A stretch of DNA of 64,000 nucleotides. Origin: an uncultured delta proteobacterium. GTDB taxonomy: Bacteria > Desulfobacterota > RBG-13-43-22. Made by a program: the position numbers and the translations under genes. Location of the stretch: NCBI GenBank assembly GCA_963711835.1, contig CAVQFQ010000017.1, positions 448,001-512,000 on the forward strand, read 5' to 3'. Numbering within the stretch: the stretch's first letter is position 1; each line of letters begins with the position of its first letter. This document shows positions 60,876 to 64,000 of this stretch, piece after piece. The notes beneath the pieces are model-generated. The model was not told the origin of the DNA and searched no databases. It saw only the letters and a program-made list of their open reading frames with translations.

Positions 60876-62673
60876 ATGGCGCAGATTCGCAATTTCAGCA
60901 TCATCGCCCATATAGACCACGGCAAATCGACCCTGGCCGACCGCCTGATCCAGTACGCCGGCCTGGTGGATGACCGCCATTTCCGCGACCAGATCCTGGA
61001 TACCATGGATATCGAGCGGGAGCGGGGCATCACCATTAAGAGCAATACCATCACCCTGCCCTACACCAATCGGCAAAGGGGAACCCTTCGAACTGAATTT
61101 GATCGATACGCCGGGCCATGTGGATTTTTCTTATGAGGTCTCCCGGGCTTTGGCTTCCTGCGAAGGGGTTTTGCTCTTGATCGATGCCTCCCAGGGGGTG
61201 CAGGCCCAGACCCTGGCTACGATGTATGCCGCTGTCGAACAGGATTTGACCATCATCCCGGTTATCAACAAGATTGATCTCCCTTCCGCGGATATCGAAA
61301 AGGTCAAGGAGCAGATCGAAATCGATCTGGGCCTGGATTCCGAATCGGCCCTGCTCTGCTCGGCCAAGGAGGGAATCGGCATCGAGGATCTCCTGGAAGC
61401 CATCACCGAGCGCCTTCCCCCGCCCACCGGGGAAAAGGAAAAACCGCTGACCGCCCTGATTTTTGACGCCCATTATGATCCTTTTCGGGGGACCGTGGTA
61501 AGCTGCCGGCTTTTCAACGGCTCGGTTCAGCCCGGGGACACCATCCGTCTCATGTCCAACGGGGCCACGTACCTGGTAGAGGAAGTGGGCATCTTTCGCC
61601 TGATCCGCGAACCGCGGAAAAGTCTTTCGGCCGGTGAGGTGGGCTACCTGATCGCCGGTATTAAGACGGTCGGCGATACCCGCATTGGGGATACCGTCAC
61701 CCTGGACAAACAACCGGCCTCGGAGGCTCTGCATGGTTTTAAAGAAGTCAAGCCGGTGGTCTTTTCTTCCATCTATCCTATTTCCTCCGAGGATTACCAA
61801 CCCCTGTCCGAGGCCCTGGAAAAATACAAGCTCAATGATGCCGCCCTGATCTATCAGAAGGATTCCTCGGCCGCCCTGGGGCAGGGCTTCCGCTGCGGTT
61901 TTCTGGGCCTGCTGCATCTGGAAATCGTGCAGGAGCGCCTGGAGCGGGAATACAACCAGTCCATTATCATGACCATGCCCAGCGTCCAGTATCGCTATAC
62001 CCTGAAAAATGGCGAGGTCATCATCGTGGATAATCCCCAAAACTATCCCGATCCCACCACCATAGAGACCTCCGAGGAGCCCACTATCCGGGCCACCATT
62101 TTAATCCCTGATTCCTATTTGGGGGCCATTATGACTCTCTGCCGGGAACGGCGTGGAGAAAATCCCCAGGTCCACTACCCGGCTCCGGACCGGGTCGAGA
62201 TGAAATACGACCTGCCCCTGGCCGAAGTGATTTATGATTTTTATGACAAGCTCAAAAGCCTGACCCGCGGCTATGGGTCCTTTGACTATGAATTAGTCGG
62301 CTATAAGGAAAGCGATCTGATTAAGCTGGATATCCTGGTCAACGGAGAGAAAGTTGATGCCCTGTCGCTGATGGTCCATCGGGACCGGGCCCGGGCTCGG
62401 GCCCTGCAAATCTGCGAACGCCTGAAAGAGGAAATCCACCGGCAGCTTTTCAAAATCCCTATTCAAGGGGTTATCGGCGGGAACATCATCGCCCGGACCA
62501 CCATCTCCGCCTTCCGGAAGGATGTCACGGCCAAGTGTTACGGAGGAGACATCACCCGGAAACGAAAACTTCTGGAAAAGCAGAAAAAAGGTAAACAAAG
62601 GATGAAGATGGTCGGCTCGGTGGAAATCCCCCAGAGTGCCTTTGTGGCGGTATTGAAATCGGAAAATGACTGA
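60876..62673 (+). CDS. lepA: Elongation factor 4 (1-nt frameshift near 61075)
   Basis: [20 protein letters not shown] then [11 protein letters not shown]...[18 protein letters not shown] in a shifted frame. Confidence 0.95.
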
Positions 62674-63790
62674 AAAAGAACGGCCGGGATTGTATGTTCA
62701 TGTCCCTTTCTGCCGGAGCAAGTGCCCTTACTGCGGCTTTTATTCCACCACGGACCGCACTCTGCTGCCGGAGTGGTTGGAGGCCATAAGAAAAGAAGGC
62801 GCTTTTTACAGGGGGTGGTTCCCTTCATTCGACACCCTTTATCTGGGGGGCGGCACGCCCGCGCTTCTCTCGGAAAACGAGTTGGGCGGCCTCATCGAGG
62901 GTTTGTATAAAAACTTTTCCTTCAGGCCCAAGACGGAAATGACCATCGAGGCCAACCCCAATGATTTGACTCCCGGCAAATTGCGCTGTCTGGCTGCCCT
63001 GGGTTTCAACCGTCTCAGCCTGGGGATCCAATCGTTTCAGGAGAAGGAACTGCAGCTCCTGGGAAGGAACCATAAAGCCGGAGATGCCGAGCAGGCCATC
63101 CATGAAATCAGGGCCGCCGGGTTTAAGAACCTGAGCCTTGACTTGATTTACGGCCTTCCCGGACAAACCCGGGAAACCTGGCAGGCCGATCTTGAAAGGG
63201 CTTTGTCCTTTAATCCCGAGCATCTTTCCTGCTATCAATTGGCGGTCGAAAAAGGAACCCGCTTCTGGGGTCTGAAGGAAAAAGGGCAGATGGTGCTCCC
63301 GGGTGAAATTCAAGAAAAAAAATTTTTCCTAAGGACCTCTGAATTCCTGGAAACAGCCGGCTATGTGCAGTACGAGATCTCCAGCTTCGCCCGAGGAGAG
63401 GCTTATGTTTCCCGGCATAACCAGAAGTACTGGCAGCGGCTGCCTTATCTGGGGCTGGGCCCCTCGGCCCACTCCTTTCAGGGAAACCGGCGCTGGTGGA
63501 ACCTCCGCTCTCTCAAACCGTACTGCCGGGCCCTGGCGAAAGGGAACTTGCCCATTGAAGACCATGAAGACCTTTCCCCGGAGCAGATCAGGCTGGAAAC
63601 CCTTTGCCTGGGGCTGCGCACCCGTTCCGGGGTGGACCTGACCCGGCTGGATGACGATGGGAGGCTGAAAACAAAGCTGCCTGAGTTAGAGCGATCCGGA
63701 TGGGCGACAGTTAGTGATCATCATATCCGGCCTACCCGGAAAGGATTCTTGGTCGCCGATCGCCTGCCCCTCTGGCTGACCTCATCGTGA
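62666..63790 (+). CDS. hemW: Radical SAM heme chaperone HemW
   Basis: LYVHVPFCRSKCPYCGF, YEISSFA, HNQKYW, GLGPSAHS; follows lepA. Confidence 0.9.
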   Translation: MTEKERPGLYVHVPFCRSKCPYCGFYSTTDRTLLPEWLEAIRKEGAFYRGWFPSFDTLYLGGGTPALLSENELGGLIEGLYKNFSFRPKTEMTIEANPNDLTPGKLRCLAALGFNRLSLGIQSFQEKELQLLGRNHKAGDAEQAIHEIRAAGFKNLSLDLIYGLPGQTRETWQADLERALSFNPEHLSCYQLAVEKGTRFWGLKEKGQMVLPGEIQEKKFFLRTSEFLETAGYVQYEISSFARGEAYVSRHNQKYWQRLPYLGLGPSAHSFQGNRRWWNLRSLKPYCRALAKGNLPIEDHEDLSPEQIRLETLCLGLRTRSGVDLTRLDDDGRLKTKLPELERSGWATVSDHHIRPTRKGFLVADRLPLWLTSS

Positions 63791-64000
63791 ACCGGAACGA
63801 TCCCATTACCTATCCGATCGACGGCTGCCTTGATCTCCATACCTTTCGCCCCCGGGAGATCAAAGCCTTAGTGCCCGACTATCTCTTGGAATGCCGCAGA
63901 CGGGGTATTCATCAGGTCCGGATTATTCATGGGAAAGGAAGCGGGGTCCTGCGCCGCCTGGTCCATTCGATCCTGGAACAGCGGCCGGAGGTGGAATCCT
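63787..64000 (+). CDS. Smr domain protein (runs off window)
   Basis: IDGCLDLHTF...VRIIHGKGSGVLR. Confidence 0.88.
   Translation, partial: MNRNDPITYPIDGCLDLHTFRPREIKALVPDYLLECRRRGIHQVRIIHGKGSGVLRRLVHSILEQRPEVES

Noticed and set aside
61060-61090. Programmed frameshift in lepA
   Set aside because: No known recoding in lepA and no clear slippery site with a stimulator; an extra A is more likely an error.

Overview
Bacterial chromosomal segment with a gene repertoire typical of anaerobic Desulfobacterota (deltaproteobacteria); this assignment is an inference. Housekeeping blocks: rnj 3' end, ftsK, lolA, mlaEFD, pncA, HIT, tRNA-Arg(ACG), nfo, a liv-type ABC transporter, an M20 hydrolase, a divergent dnaA, lepA, hemW and an Smr-domain gene. 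Metabolic blocks: an IclR/CoA-ligase/hcrBCA-like aromatic degradation cluster and a tpx-cooS-nitroreductase-rubrerythrin-rubredoxin-flavodoxin cluster. Two signals are missed by the ORF track. (1) Two co-oriented probable selenoprotein genes at 23640-24951: an orphan PrdB/GrdB-like protein (UPIC) and an NrdH-type glutaredoxin (UGPC), each with an in-frame TGA followed by a SECIS-like hairpin. (2) An accretion hot spot at about 46100-54600, where integron cassettes with attC sites but no integrase, three TA modules and duplicated chromosomal segments are repeatedly joined at a REP-like motif (AGACCTGACCCC). The same motif forms the perfect inverted ends of a RAYT-type HuH transposase gene. Several single-base frameshifts, including one in lepA, suggest residual sequencing or assembly indels.
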